In this document: in pieces, positions 35,247 through 43,138 of the stretch | Layout of the letters: the number at the start of each line of letters is the position of its first letter | Numbering within the stretch: position 1 is the stretch's first letter | IMG/VR virus record: IMGVR_UViG_3300022407_002384 | Coordinates: 1-43,138 of that record | Reading direction: 5' to 3' (one strand) | Length of the DNA stretch: 43,138 nucleotides | Source of the DNA: a virus | Taxonomy: Duplodnaviria > Caudoviricetes | Notes under the pieces: model-generated | Told to the model about the DNA's origin: nothing | Databases searched by the model: none | What the model saw: only the letters and a program-made list of their open reading frames with translations | Program-made: the position numbers and the translations under genes

Positions 35247-37099
35247 TGGGCATTTACACGATCCAGACCCCCGATGGCCGCAAGGTCAAGATCGAGGCCG
35301 CTGACGAGGCAACCGCCATTCGCGGCGCGCAAGAGTGGGCCAAGTCCAGTCCGGCTACTGTAAAGCCCAAAGGCGAGGGAACGCGCGAGAAGCCATTTGA
35401 CCTCTCGGGTGGCTATGAAGGCGTTACCATCCCCAGAAAGTCCTTTTATCGGGACGCTCGCGGGAACATTCGTCGGAACGACAACGGCTTGATGCGGCCC
35501 GATGGAAAGCCGCAGGGGAACCCTATCGTCCAGTCGCGTCAGGGCATGATCGGGGAAATCGTCAGGTCAACGGCGGCGGGCGTAGCGCAGGGCGCTGATC
35601 AGGTGGTCGGGATGCTTGAAGCCCCGTCGCAGATGATCAACGCCCTGTCCGGTGGCGGGGTGCTCGAAGCGGCGCGAAAGTCCAGAAACCCGTTCGTCTC
35701 CAACGTCGCGGATGCGGCTATCGGCGCGCAAGAGCTGACAAATCAGGTTGGGCAGGCTCTTAACCCTGTCACGCTGGCAAGCCGTCTCGCCCCATCGTCC
35801 CCGCGCCTTTCCACGGAACGCCAAGCCGCATTCGGGCAAGACTACGTTCCCCAGACAGAAGCGGGGCGCATGGGCCGGGCGGTCGGTCGCATGGCCCCTA
35901 ACGCGCTCATTCCCGGAAGCATGGGCGCTCGGGCGGCGAACGTCCTTTTGCCTGGCATCGGCGGCGAAACGGCGCGCTACGCGGCTGAACGCGGGGGCCT
36001 TGGTCCTACGGGTCAGGCGCTGGCGGAAATGGGCGGGCAGATTGCTGGCGGCGTGGCGGCTGGCGTGCGGCTTAGGCCGAAACCGGCTGCCGCTCCCACG
36101 CGCCCGGTCGATAGGTCCGTTCCAATCGTTGACCGTCTGCAAGGTGAAACGACGGCGGCGTATAGGGCGGCGGATGAAGCGGGCGTGCGTTACACGCCGG
36201 AGGCCTTCGGCAGCATGGTCGATTCCGTCGCAGCCGATGCAGCCCAACGCCGCCTTAGCGGAATCCGTCATCCCAAATCGGCGGACATGATCGCCGAAAT
36301 GCAGAAGATGAAGGACGCCGGATATTCTCCGACCCTGACAGAGCTGGATCAGCTACGGCAGGTTGTTCGTCGGGATGTCGCCAGCGCCAGCGATGCGGCG
36401 GAAGCGGCATTTGGACAGCGCATGATCCGTCAGATTGACGACTTTATCGTCAACGCCGGGCCGGACACCGTTAGCGCCGGCAGCGCACAAGACGCGGCCA
36501 ATCTCATCACGAACGCACGACAGGCCAACACGCGGCTTCGCAAGGTCGAATCCGTGACGGACGCGGTAGACAGCGCCACGCTCCGTGCCGGTTCCACGGG
36601 CTCGGGTGGAAACGTGAACAATGCCATTCGGCAAAACCTTCGCCGGGTGCTGGAAGATACCCCGAACCTGACGCCCCAAGAGAGCGCCGCGATGCGGGAA
36701 ATTGTCATGGGCAGCCGCACCCAGAACGCCTTGCGTCAGGTTGGCAAGTTGTCGCCAAGCGGTAACGGCCTTATGGCGGCGGGCAACCTTGCGTCTGCTG
36801 CCAGCTTCGGACCTGCTGGCGCTATCCCCGGCGTGCTTGGCCTCTTCGCCAAATGGGGCGCGGACGCGATGACCAAGCAAAAGGTCACGGGGCTGATTGA
36901 TTTGATGGCGGCTGGAGGAGAGCGAGGCGCTTTGGCGTCTCAACAGCTTTCCGCGATGGCGGCTCGCGACCCGGTTCTGAAGCAAATTCTCGACGCCACG
37001 ACGTCCCGATTGATGGCCCCGAACCCGGCTCCCGCCGCCCTTCCGGCGGCTATGGGTGCGACAGGGCTTTCAGCAGCAACGGCAGACCAAGGGCGATAG
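35246..37099 (+). CDS. Large DNA ejection protein
   Basis: 617-aa Ala/Gly-rich helical protein ending the ejection cluster. Confidence 0.65.
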   Translation: MGIYTIQTPDGRKVKIEAADEATAIRGAQEWAKSSPATVKPKGEGTREKPFDLSGGYEGVTIPRKSFYRDARGNIRRNDNGLMRPDGKPQGNPIVQSRQGMIGEIVRSTAAGVAQGADQVVGMLEAPSQMINALSGGGVLEAARKSRNPFVSNVADAAIGAQELTNQVGQALNPVTLASRLAPSSPRLSTERQAAFGQDYVPQTEAGRMGRAVGRMAPNALIPGSMGARAANVLLPGIGGETARYAAERGGLGPTGQALAEMGGQIAGGVAAGVRLRPKPAAAPTRPVDRSVPIVDRLQGETTAAYRAADEAGVRYTPEAFGSMVDSVAADAAQRRLSGIRHPKSADMIAEMQKMKDAGYSPTLTELDQLRQVVRRDVASASDAAEAAFGQRMIRQIDDFIVNAGPDTVSAGSAQDAANLITNARQANTRLRKVESVTDAVDSATLRAGSTGSGGNVNNAIRQNLRRVLEDTPNLTPQESAAMREIVMGSRTQNALRQVGKLSPSGNGLMAAGNLASAASFGPAGAIPGVLGLFAKWGADAMTKQKVTGLIDLMAAGGERGALASQQLSAMAARDPVLKQILDATTSRLMAPNPAPAALPAAMGATGLSAATADQGR

Positions 37100-37223
37100 C
37101 CCCGATCAACGGCCACGGATTCCACTCGATTGTGTAGCGTTGCCAGATTGGCCGCGTATCCCGCTCGGGGGCGGGTTCGATAATCTCGAAATCGGCATCA
37201 ATGATGTCGGGATTTTCAGACAT
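37050..37223 (-). CDS. 57-aa antisense membrane protein (superinfection-exclusion candidate)
   Basis: MSENPDIIDADFEII...WNPWPLIGAIALGLPLLLKALSHP; TG-G-TAGGGT ends 6 nt before the ATG. Confidence 0.55.
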   Translation of the reverse strand: MSENPDIIDADFEIIEPAPERDTRPIWQRYTIEWNPWPLIGAIALGLPLLLKALSHP

Positions 37224-37303
37224 TCCACCACCCTACCACGGCTCAAGTCGCCGGGCGACCCCGCTCGCCAGTTCGCCACTCACCATAACCGAATAGGTCC
37301 CAT

Positions 37304-39484
37304 ATGACCGGCCAACTTCTGCCCGACGTAATCTTTCGGATGCTCGATAGCTCGGGCAACCCCATCTCCGGCGGAACGGCGACGTTCTATCTAACCGGAA
37401 CGCTGGACGTCGCGGCGATTTACTCCAATGCCGCCCTTAGCGTGACACTGGCGAACCCTCTCAGCACGAACGCCGGGGGGCTGTTTGTCAGCGGGGTTAC
37501 GCCAACCGCTGTTTACCTGGACCCGACCGTTACCTATCGGGCGATCTTCAAGGATGCGTCGGGGACCACGATCCGGGACATTGACCCGGTGAGTGTTATT
37601 AGCAGCGCGGCGTCAACCTCGTTCACGCAGGCCGGGACCGGGGCAGCCACGCAGACGGTGCAAACCAAGCTCCGCCAATACGTGTCGGCGAACGACTTCA
37701 CCGGGGTTGATCCGACCGGCGTTGCCGATAGCACGGACGGCCTGAAGGCGCTGTTTGACTATGCGCTGCCGCTTGGCAAAGGAGTGGAGCTTCAGGGGGA
37801 ATATCTGGTCAGCGGGCCGATCAGTTCGGTTACGACGCTCACCGATTCCGGGCTGCACATTCGCTGCATCGGCAAGGTGGCTATCAACGTAGCCACGGGC
37901 TCCACGGCGTTCCGGTTCCTGCTTTATTGCACGTCGAACAACCCCAACAATGCTTCAATCACTGGCGACGGGTTGGTCATCGATATGAACGATCTGGGCG
38001 CGGAGGCGATCTATATCCGCCATAATTCCGCGACGACGGGCGGCGTGGTGGATTTCTCGGCTCCGGTCACGATCCTCAACTGCAAGCAAAACGACGCAAC
38101 GCAGGTTAACGTCAACGCCGGTATCACCATCATCGGTGATTACGACACGATCACGCTCAACTCTCCCCGCATTGAAAACGTGACCCGGACCAATACCGGG
38201 GGCGGTGCGTGCGTCGGGATTTTCGCATCGGGCTTTAGCGGAACCCTTACCATGATTTCCCCGTATGTTGAGGGGGTGCTAACCGGTAACGGCTCGGCGG
38301 GCGCGGATGCGGACGGGATTTCGTTCTTCGGCAAGGGCAACAGCGGGACGACGAAAACAGAGGGGACGGTCTCGATCATCAACCCCGTGCTGGTGGATAA
38401 TCAGGGCCGCAGCATCAAGTCGCAATGCTCCGACACGACCATCATCAACCCGAAAATCTTCCGGCGCATGGTCGTTTCGATTGCATCGATTAACGACATA
38501 GACTTCCAAAAGGGGAGCGGCGTCGTCATCGAACCCGAGTTCGAATATCGGCTCAACGGTGCGACCACGCCTCTGGGGACCGGCTTTAGCTGCATCGCCT
38601 TCCAGCAGTCCATCACTGACGCGCCCATGTCGTCGAAGTCTATCGGCGGAACGCTGAAGACCGAAGCTGCAATGTCCCGCTATGCCAACACGTTGCACAG
38701 CGCGACGGGGCAATTTGCGGAAACCGAAGTCAGCGGCCTTCGCGTGGTCCCCATTGGGACGTTCGCCACGGCGGCTTTCACGCGCGGCGTTCTGGAGTTC
38801 ACGGCCAGCGAGATTGAGGCGAAGACCGTTGCGACCAGCCTGATCGTGCGGGACATCTACGGCCAACTCGGCTGCTACGGCATCACCTACACCGGCTATA
38901 CCGGCGGCGCCCTGACGGCAAAGCTGAGTGTTGAGGTTACGGACTTCAGAAGCACGCTCACCACGACGGCGGGCTATGTGTTCCGTGAGCAAAGCGGGAC
39001 GGCCATTACGGCGGTCAAGGCGTTCCTGTTCCGCAACTGCTACGGCATCCGCAGCCTGATGCCGGATAACTGGACGTTCAGCTTTGATAGCCTGGTCGCC
39101 GGTTGTCAGTTCGTGGTCAACCTCGCCGCCGTGAGCGCCACCAACCCTCCGGGATGGGCGGCAAGCGGCTATGCGATGATTGAATCCCTGCCGGACATCT
39201 TCGGCACGGGCCTGCGGACGGTTCGCGTCACCGTGGAAAACGCGTCAACGCTTGAAGGCATGTTCTTCACGAACACGGGCGGAACGACGTGGGGGGCTAA
39301 CCAGCTCATCAACCGCACGGCGGCCCAAATCGCGGACAAGACCAACTCTATCAACACGGTTGGAAAGCGGATCGGGCGCATGACGTGGGATTCGACGAAC
39401 AACAGATTGATGGTCGCAAGTAGTTCGGCTGACACGTCGGCGTGGTATATCTGCGATGGGTCGGGTAGCGTCGTCCCGGCTTAG
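37304..39484 (+). CDS. Tailspike / receptor-binding protein
   Basis: D..G.P..GG...FY..GT virion-attachment domain, TVQ.KL...VS..DF.GVDPTG..DST neck, long beta-helix body. Confidence 0.85.
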   Translation: MTGQLLPDVIFRMLDSSGNPISGGTATFYLTGTLDVAAIYSNAALSVTLANPLSTNAGGLFVSGVTPTAVYLDPTVTYRAIFKDASGTTIRDIDPVSVISSAASTSFTQAGTGAATQTVQTKLRQYVSANDFTGVDPTGVADSTDGLKALFDYALPLGKGVELQGEYLVSGPISSVTTLTDSGLHIRCIGKVAINVATGSTAFRFLLYCTSNNPNNASITGDGLVIDMNDLGAEAIYIRHNSATTGGVVDFSAPVTILNCKQNDATQVNVNAGITIIGDYDTITLNSPRIENVTRTNTGGGACVGIFASGFSGTLTMISPYVEGVLTGNGSAGADADGISFFGKGNSGTTKTEGTVSIINPVLVDNQGRSIKSQCSDTTIINPKIFRRMVVSIASINDIDFQKGSGVVIEPEFEYRLNGATTPLGTGFSCIAFQQSITDAPMSSKSIGGTLKTEAAMSRYANTLHSATGQFAETEVSGLRVVPIGTFATAAFTRGVLEFTASEIEAKTVATSLIVRDIYGQLGCYGITYTGYTGGALTAKLSVEVTDFRSTLTTTAGYVFREQSGTAITAVKAFLFRNCYGIRSLMPDNWTFSFDSLVAGCQFVVNLAAVSATNPPGWAASGYAMIESLPDIFGTGLRTVRVTVENASTLEGMFFTNTGGTTWGANQLINRTAAQIADKTNSINTVGKRIGRMTWDSTNNRLMVASSSADTSAWYICDGSGSVVPA

Positions 39485-39522
39485 GGTCAACGTCGTTTAC
39501 AGCAACAGGCGGGAGCTACTTC

Positions 39523-39798
39523 ATGGACTTGAGAGACAGGGCGATAGGCGGGGCTGCGGTAGTCGAGTTCTGCATTCGGCAGATTGAGCATGAACTTGCC
39601 GAAGCGCGGAAGCTGGCGGAAACCGAAGGGCTGGCGACGACGGTTGATCTGATTGACGTGGCCCAAGTCAAAACCCGCAAGGCTCACCGGGCGTTGGAAG
39701 CCCTGCGGACGCAGCTTTCGGCGTCGGTCGGCTCGCCTGATCTCAGCCGGTCTGGTCCGGAAGACAAGCCCGACCCGGAAGAAGACCCGCGCCCGTGA
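39523..39798 (+). CDS. Hypothetical helical protein with acidic/Pro tail
   Basis: GGGAG RBS; GTGA overlap with the next gene. Confidence 0.7.
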   Translation: MDLRDRAIGGAAVVEFCIRQIEHELAEARKLAETEGLATTVDLIDVAQVKTRKAHRALEALRTQLSASVGSPDLSRSGPEDKPDPEEDPRP

Positions 39799-40283
39799 CG
39801 CAGCTTTCGGCCATCTATCTAACGATGACGCTGGGTGTGTTTTTCACATGCTGGCTGGCCTACGGTCTGGACAGGGCCGCAAGCGACGTTTTCACGGCGG
39901 CGACGGTGGTGATGCTGTTCGCGTCTCTTTCCGTGCTGATTCGCATGTGGGTTCCGCCGCCGTGGTCACAAGCGGGGAACCCTGTGCAGGACGTCATTTG
40001 CGCGGCGCTGTTTCTGGGAGCTTACACTGCCACGCGGGCAAAATGGGCGCTGGCGCTGGCGGTCATGTTCGTTATCCAGCTTTCGCTCCATGCCGGATAC
40101 TGGCTAACAGAGGACTTCTCAAACCACGCCCGGCGGGTTTACGCGATCAAGGTCAACACGCTGTATTGCGGCCAGCTCGCCGCGCTATTCATAGCCGGAG
40201 GCGGCCATGTCTTCCGTCGTGGCCTTTATCTCGCTCGTTTGCCTGTTCGGTGGCGTGGCGCTCTTAATCCGCGCGCTGAGTAG
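39795..40283 (+). CDS. Polytopic membrane protein (about 4-5 hydrophobic segments)
   Basis: Repeated hydrophobic stretches and a basic C-terminal tail. Confidence 0.75.
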   Translation: MTQLSAIYLTMTLGVFFTCWLAYGLDRAASDVFTAATVVMLFASLSVLIRMWVPPPWSQAGNPVQDVICAALFLGAYTATRAKWALALAVMFVIQLSLHAGYWLTEDFSNHARRVYAIKVNTLYCGQLAALFIAGGGHVFRRGLYLARLPVRWRGALNPRAE

Positions 40284-40288
40284 CAAGC

Positions 40289-40930
40289 GTGGCAGGGGCG
40301 ATATTCGCTGACGTTCTGAAGTTCGTTCAGGACTGGTCGGCGTTCGGGATAGCCGGTGGGGCCTTGATTGTCCTGCTGGCTGGCAAGGGGCCGCTCACGG
40401 CGCTAGGCCGCTGGCGGGACGCTGTAGCGGCTGCAATTGCCCATCCGTTTCTTGCCGGTGCGCGGGCGGAAAAGCTGGGCAAGGCCGTTCTCGCGGAATT
40501 GAAAACCAACGGCGGCTCATCGTTGAGAGACGCCATCACGCGGATTGAGGAGTTCCAGGTTCGCATGGGCGGGCGTGTTGATCTCGTCATGCTGGCGATG
40601 GATCAAGCCGCTGCGGTTTATGAAACCGACCCCGCCGGTCATTGCTATTGGGCAAGTCCCGCCTATCAGCAGATCACCGGACGCTCTCTCGCGGAGCTTA
40701 ACGGCTGGGGCTGGTCGGTTGTCATCTATCCTGAAGACACTGAACGGGTTCGCGTCGAATGGGAACGCTCTGTGCTGGAGCGGAGATCGTTCAACATGAA
40801 GTTCCGCATGATCCACGCGGACGGCAATGTGTTCCCGGTTCACAGCGTAGCATCGCCTCTGTGGATTGGCGAAGGGCTGAACGCGCGGATTATCGGATGG
40901 TCAGGGCTTGTGACCGTGGAGGATGAATGA
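40289..40930 (+). CDS. Membrane-anchored PAS-domain protein
   Basis: N-terminal TM segment, ELKTNGGSSLRDAITRIE coil, PAS fold VYETD..G...WASPAY..ITG....E..G.GW...IYPED...V...W......F...FRM...DG. Confidence 0.85.
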   Translation: MAGAIFADVLKFVQDWSAFGIAGGALIVLLAGKGPLTALGRWRDAVAAAIAHPFLAGARAEKLGKAVLAELKTNGGSSLRDAITRIEEFQVRMGGRVDLVMLAMDQAAAVYETDPAGHCYWASPAYQQITGRSLAELNGWGWSVVIYPEDTERVRVEWERSVLERRSFNMKFRMIHADGNVFPVHSVASPLWIGEGLNARIIGWSGLVTVEDE

Positions 40931-41292
40931 TCTCCCGCATCTGGAAGGCAATGCTCCTCGCCGGGTCTCTCCGGTTCTGGGCTCAAACAGGCGCGGGCAT
41001 GGCTTTAACGCTGGTGTTCATGGCTTACGGGGCTGTGATCTGGCAGGGGCCGTGGCCTGCTTCTGCGGCGCCGTTGCAGCTTGAATTGCTGGGGCAGGGC
41101 CAGCTTGCGGCGGCTCTCATGGTTCTGGTGGCGCTGGTCTGCATCACGGGCATGAAGCTGGGCGTGTCGGGCGGCAAAGACGGGTTCAAGGCCGACGTAT
41201 CGAAGGACGATGACGAGCCTGTCGCCACGGTGACGACTACAACGACAACCGAGATTGTGGAGCCTAAGGCTACGGGAGCGGGTGGGGGTTAG
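40927..41292 (+). CDS. Holin candidate
   Basis: 121 aa, two hydrophobic segments, charged C-terminus, upstream of the endolysin. Confidence 0.55.
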   Translation: MISRIWKAMLLAGSLRFWAQTGAGMALTLVFMAYGAVIWQGPWPASAAPLQLELLGQGQLAAALMVLVALVCITGMKLGVSGGKDGFKADVSKDDDEPVATVTTTTTTEIVEPKATGAGGG

Positions 41293-41537
41293 GGGCAGAA
41301 CTTGTATGGATACGACGATGCGCTGCGGTTCGCGGCCTGTTGATTTCCAAACTGCGGCTTGAAGTTCTCGTCGACAACCACCTTCATTCCCAACATCGCC
41401 AGACGGTCGATGACAAACTCCGCCCATCCCTTGTCGATTTTGCTGGCCGTCCCTGAATAGGATGTGTGCCCTGCAAGGTTCATTCGCAGCGCAAACATGG
41501 CGTCAGTCATGGCCTTCAGTTCTTTGTTCTCGCTCAT
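41289..41537 (-). CDS. Hypothetical protein on the opposite strand inside the lysis module
   Basis: 82 aa; GGAGG RBS; downstream of the tRNA-like element. Confidence 0.7.
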   Translation of the reverse strand: MSENKELKAMTDAMFALRMNLAGHTSYSGTASKIDKGWAEFVIDRLAMLGMKVVVDENFKPQFGNQQAANRSASSYPYKFCP

Positions 41538-41589
41538 ATCCCCTCCGGTGAAGTGGGCGGCGGCCTGTAGGAAGGGGCCTCCGGGGTAG

Positions 41590-41760
41590 TGGGTGTTGCG
41601 GGCCGGGCTCGATACCGGCTGCCGGAGTCTCTGGGAAAGTCAGGCTTCCTGTTCCGGTAGTTCCCTAGCCGTCCGTCACCTGCGCAGGCGTCGGGCCGTC
41701 AAGTCGCCAATATCACCGGCTCCCAAATGAAATACGCGTGTCCTTCCACGCCGCCGCAAC
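41590..41760 (-). ncRNA. tRNA-like RNA with expanded central domain
   Basis: Acceptor GTTGCGG/CCGCAAC, D-like arm GCGT-GGAAGGAC-ACGC, T-like arm GCCGG-TATCGAGC-CCGGC, 3' ACCCA, ~116-nt insert. Confidence 0.6.
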
Positions 41761-41765
41761 GCCCC

Positions 41766-41794
41766 AAAATCCCACAAAACCCGTGACGATTCAA
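41766..41794 (-). promoter_or_regulatory. Putative promoter for the tRNA-like RNA
   Basis: TTGAAT-17-GATTTT ending 5 nt upstream of the acceptor-stem 5' G. Confidence 0.45.
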
Positions 41795-41822
41795 CGCTTT
41801 TCCGCTACATTGAGGAGTGCAA

Positions 41823-42443
41823 ATGAGCCTGATCAATCCGACCAAGTTCGCCGCCTTCGCCCCTCGCGCTCTGCCCGGCACAGTTGCCGCGCTGGAAGCC
41901 GCTGCATCAAAGAGCGGGATTGCAGATCGCCTCGCTCTCGCTCACTGGCTGGGGCAAATGCACGTCGAGAGCGCGGGCTTTTCCAGGCTCTCCGAAAGCC
42001 TCAACTATTCGTCGGAGGCCCTGCTTAAGCTGTTCGGGCGCCATCGTATCAGCGCGGCGGACTGCGACAAGTTCGGTCGCAAGCCGGGCCAGCCTGCCAA
42101 TCAGAACGCGCTTGCCAACATCCTTTACGGCGGGGAGTGGGGACGCAAGAACCTCGGCAACACTGAACCCGGTGACGGCTGGCGGTTTCGGGGCGGCGGG
42201 GTGAAGCAGATCACGGGCCGCGCCAATTATCGGGAGGCGGGCCACGAAGACGATCCCGACATCCTGCGGACGGACATTCAGGCCAGCGCATATGCGGCGG
42301 CAAACTTCTTCGCCCGGCACGGCTGCATCGGGCCAGCTCGCGCCGATGATGTGGAAGGCGTGACGCGCAAGGTGAACGGGGGTCTTATGGGCCTCGCTGA
42401 ACGCATCGCTGCGACCAAGGCGGCAAAGGCGGTGCTGCTGTGA
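41823..42443 (+). CDS. Endolysin, glycoside hydrolase family 19
   Basis: A..LGQ..VES.GF....E.LNYS, GDGWRFRG.G..QITGR.NY, VTR.VNGG..GL.ER; GAGGAG RBS. Confidence 0.92.
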   Translation: MSLINPTKFAAFAPRALPGTVAALEAAASKSGIADRLALAHWLGQMHVESAGFSRLSESLNYSSEALLKLFGRHRISAADCDKFGRKPGQPANQNALANILYGGEWGRKNLGNTEPGDGWRFRGGGVKQITGRANYREAGHEDDPDILRTDIQASAYAAANFFARHGCIGPARADDVEGVTRKVNGGLMGLAERIAATKAAKAVLL

Positions 42444-42577
42444 ACTGGCGCGACCCTCACCGCTTCACGGGGGCGGACCTGTGCGTCATCGGCGGCGTTC
42501 TGGTCGGCGCTGGCGTCGTCTCGCTATTGGCTATTACCGGGGCTCTGTGGGTCGCTCGGATGGTGGTCGGCGGATGA
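42440..42577 (+). CDS. 45-aa single-TM peptide
   Basis: MNWRDPHRFTGADLCVIGGVLVGAGVVSLLAITGALWVARMVVGG; GTGA and ATGA overlaps at both ends. Confidence 0.6.
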   Translation: MNWRDPHRFTGADLCVIGGVLVGAGVVSLLAITGALWVARMVVGG

Positions 42578-42990
42578 ACGCGCTCCTCGGCTTCATCACC
42601 GGACCCGTAGGCCGCTGGATAGTGGCTGCGCTGGCCGTCCTAGCCCTGCTGGCGGGCGTTCACCATCACGGGGTAACTCAGGGCGCGGCGCGGGAGAAGG
42701 CGAAGGCTGACCGGGCGATCAACGATCCCGTGATCGGCTGGCGCGCTCGGCTCAACCAATGCCAGGCGAACGTCAAAACCATCGACGACGCCATAACATC
42801 CCAGAACGCCGCTGTGGCCGCTTGGAAGGCTGAGAGCGCCCAGCGGGCGGAAGCAGCAGCGAAGGCCGTCACGGAAGCCCGCAAGGCCACTGTCGCGGCA
42901 AATCAACGGATAGGCGCTCTCATGGCTGCGAAGTCGGGCGCCGACCAGTGCAAGAGCGCAGAAGACCTGATCGGGAGCATGGCTCGATGA
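42574..42990 (+). CDS. i-spanin (Rz-like)
   Basis: ATG 42574; N-terminal TM followed by an Ala-rich coiled coil; upstream of a lipoprotein gene. Confidence 0.8.
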   Translation: MNALLGFITGPVGRWIVAALAVLALLAGVHHHGVTQGAAREKAKADRAINDPVIGWRARLNQCQANVKTIDDAITSQNAAVAAWKAESAQRAEAAAKAVTEARKATVAANQRIGALMAAKSGADQCKSAEDLIGSMAR

Positions 42991-43138
42991 TCCGCCCCAT
43001 TCTCGCCTGCCTCATCCTCGCCGGGTGCGCCACGACCGACCCAGAGCTGCGCATCGTGACCAAGATTGTGGAAGTTCCAATCGCCGTTCGTTGCGCCGTC
43101 ACCATTCCCGAAGAGCCCGCCTATTCGGATTCAAAGTC
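42987..43138 (+). CDS. o-spanin lipoprotein, 5' part (continues at the window start)
   Basis: MIRPILACLILAGC lipobox; ATGA overlap with the i-spanin. Confidence 0.8.
   Translation, partial: MIRPILACLILAGCATTDPELRIVTKIVEVPIAVRCAVTIPEEPAYSDSK
43011..43136. repeat. Terminal direct repeat, copy 2
   Basis: Identical to 1-126. Confidence 0.95.

Noticed and set aside
41590-41760. Canonical tRNA or tmRNA
   Set aside because: No 7-nt anticodon loop, non-standard T-loop, no G3-U70 alanine identity pair and no evident tag reading frame
43011-43136. 126-bp terminal repeat as a physical virion DTR
   Set aside because: It falls mid-gene in the o-spanin and its length is typical of an assembler k-mer overlap; it indicates circularity, not genome ends

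Overview
The window appears to be one complete, circularly permuted GC-rich dsDNA phage genome of about 43,010 bp; bases 1-126 are repeated at 43011-43136. The host is probably an alphaproteobacterium, inferred from a GcrA homolog, and the virion module looks podovirus-like. The leftward early arm (303-9622) holds many small accessory genes, a C5 DNA methyltransferase, NinB, Gp157 and an ERF recombinase. A ~110-bp divergent control region follows, with no recognisable CI repressor or integrase. The rightward early arm encodes a Cro-like HTH, a GIY-YIG-HTH fusion, an SF2 helicase, an amino-MTase, an HNH, a GcrA homolog, a DnaA-C-terminal-domain protein, an initiator with an iteron origin, and a NusG paralog. 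Late genes are TerS/TerL, portal, GroES, scaffold, capsid, P22-gp10-like tail hub, ejection proteins and tailspike, followed by a membrane-protein-rich lysis region with a GH19 endolysin and i/o-spanins. The most unusual observations are: (1) an endonuclease VII-type homing nuclease in an alternate frame inside a stop-free insertion in the helicase gene; (2) a membrane-anchored PAS-domain protein in the lysis cassette; (3) an antisense tRNA-like RNA with a ~116-nt insert replacing the anticodon arm, between holin and endolysin; (4) an IS1595 transposase N-terminus fused to a sigma-like tail; (5) two densely structured leader regions. All calls come from reading motifs by eye; no database searches or folding programs were run.
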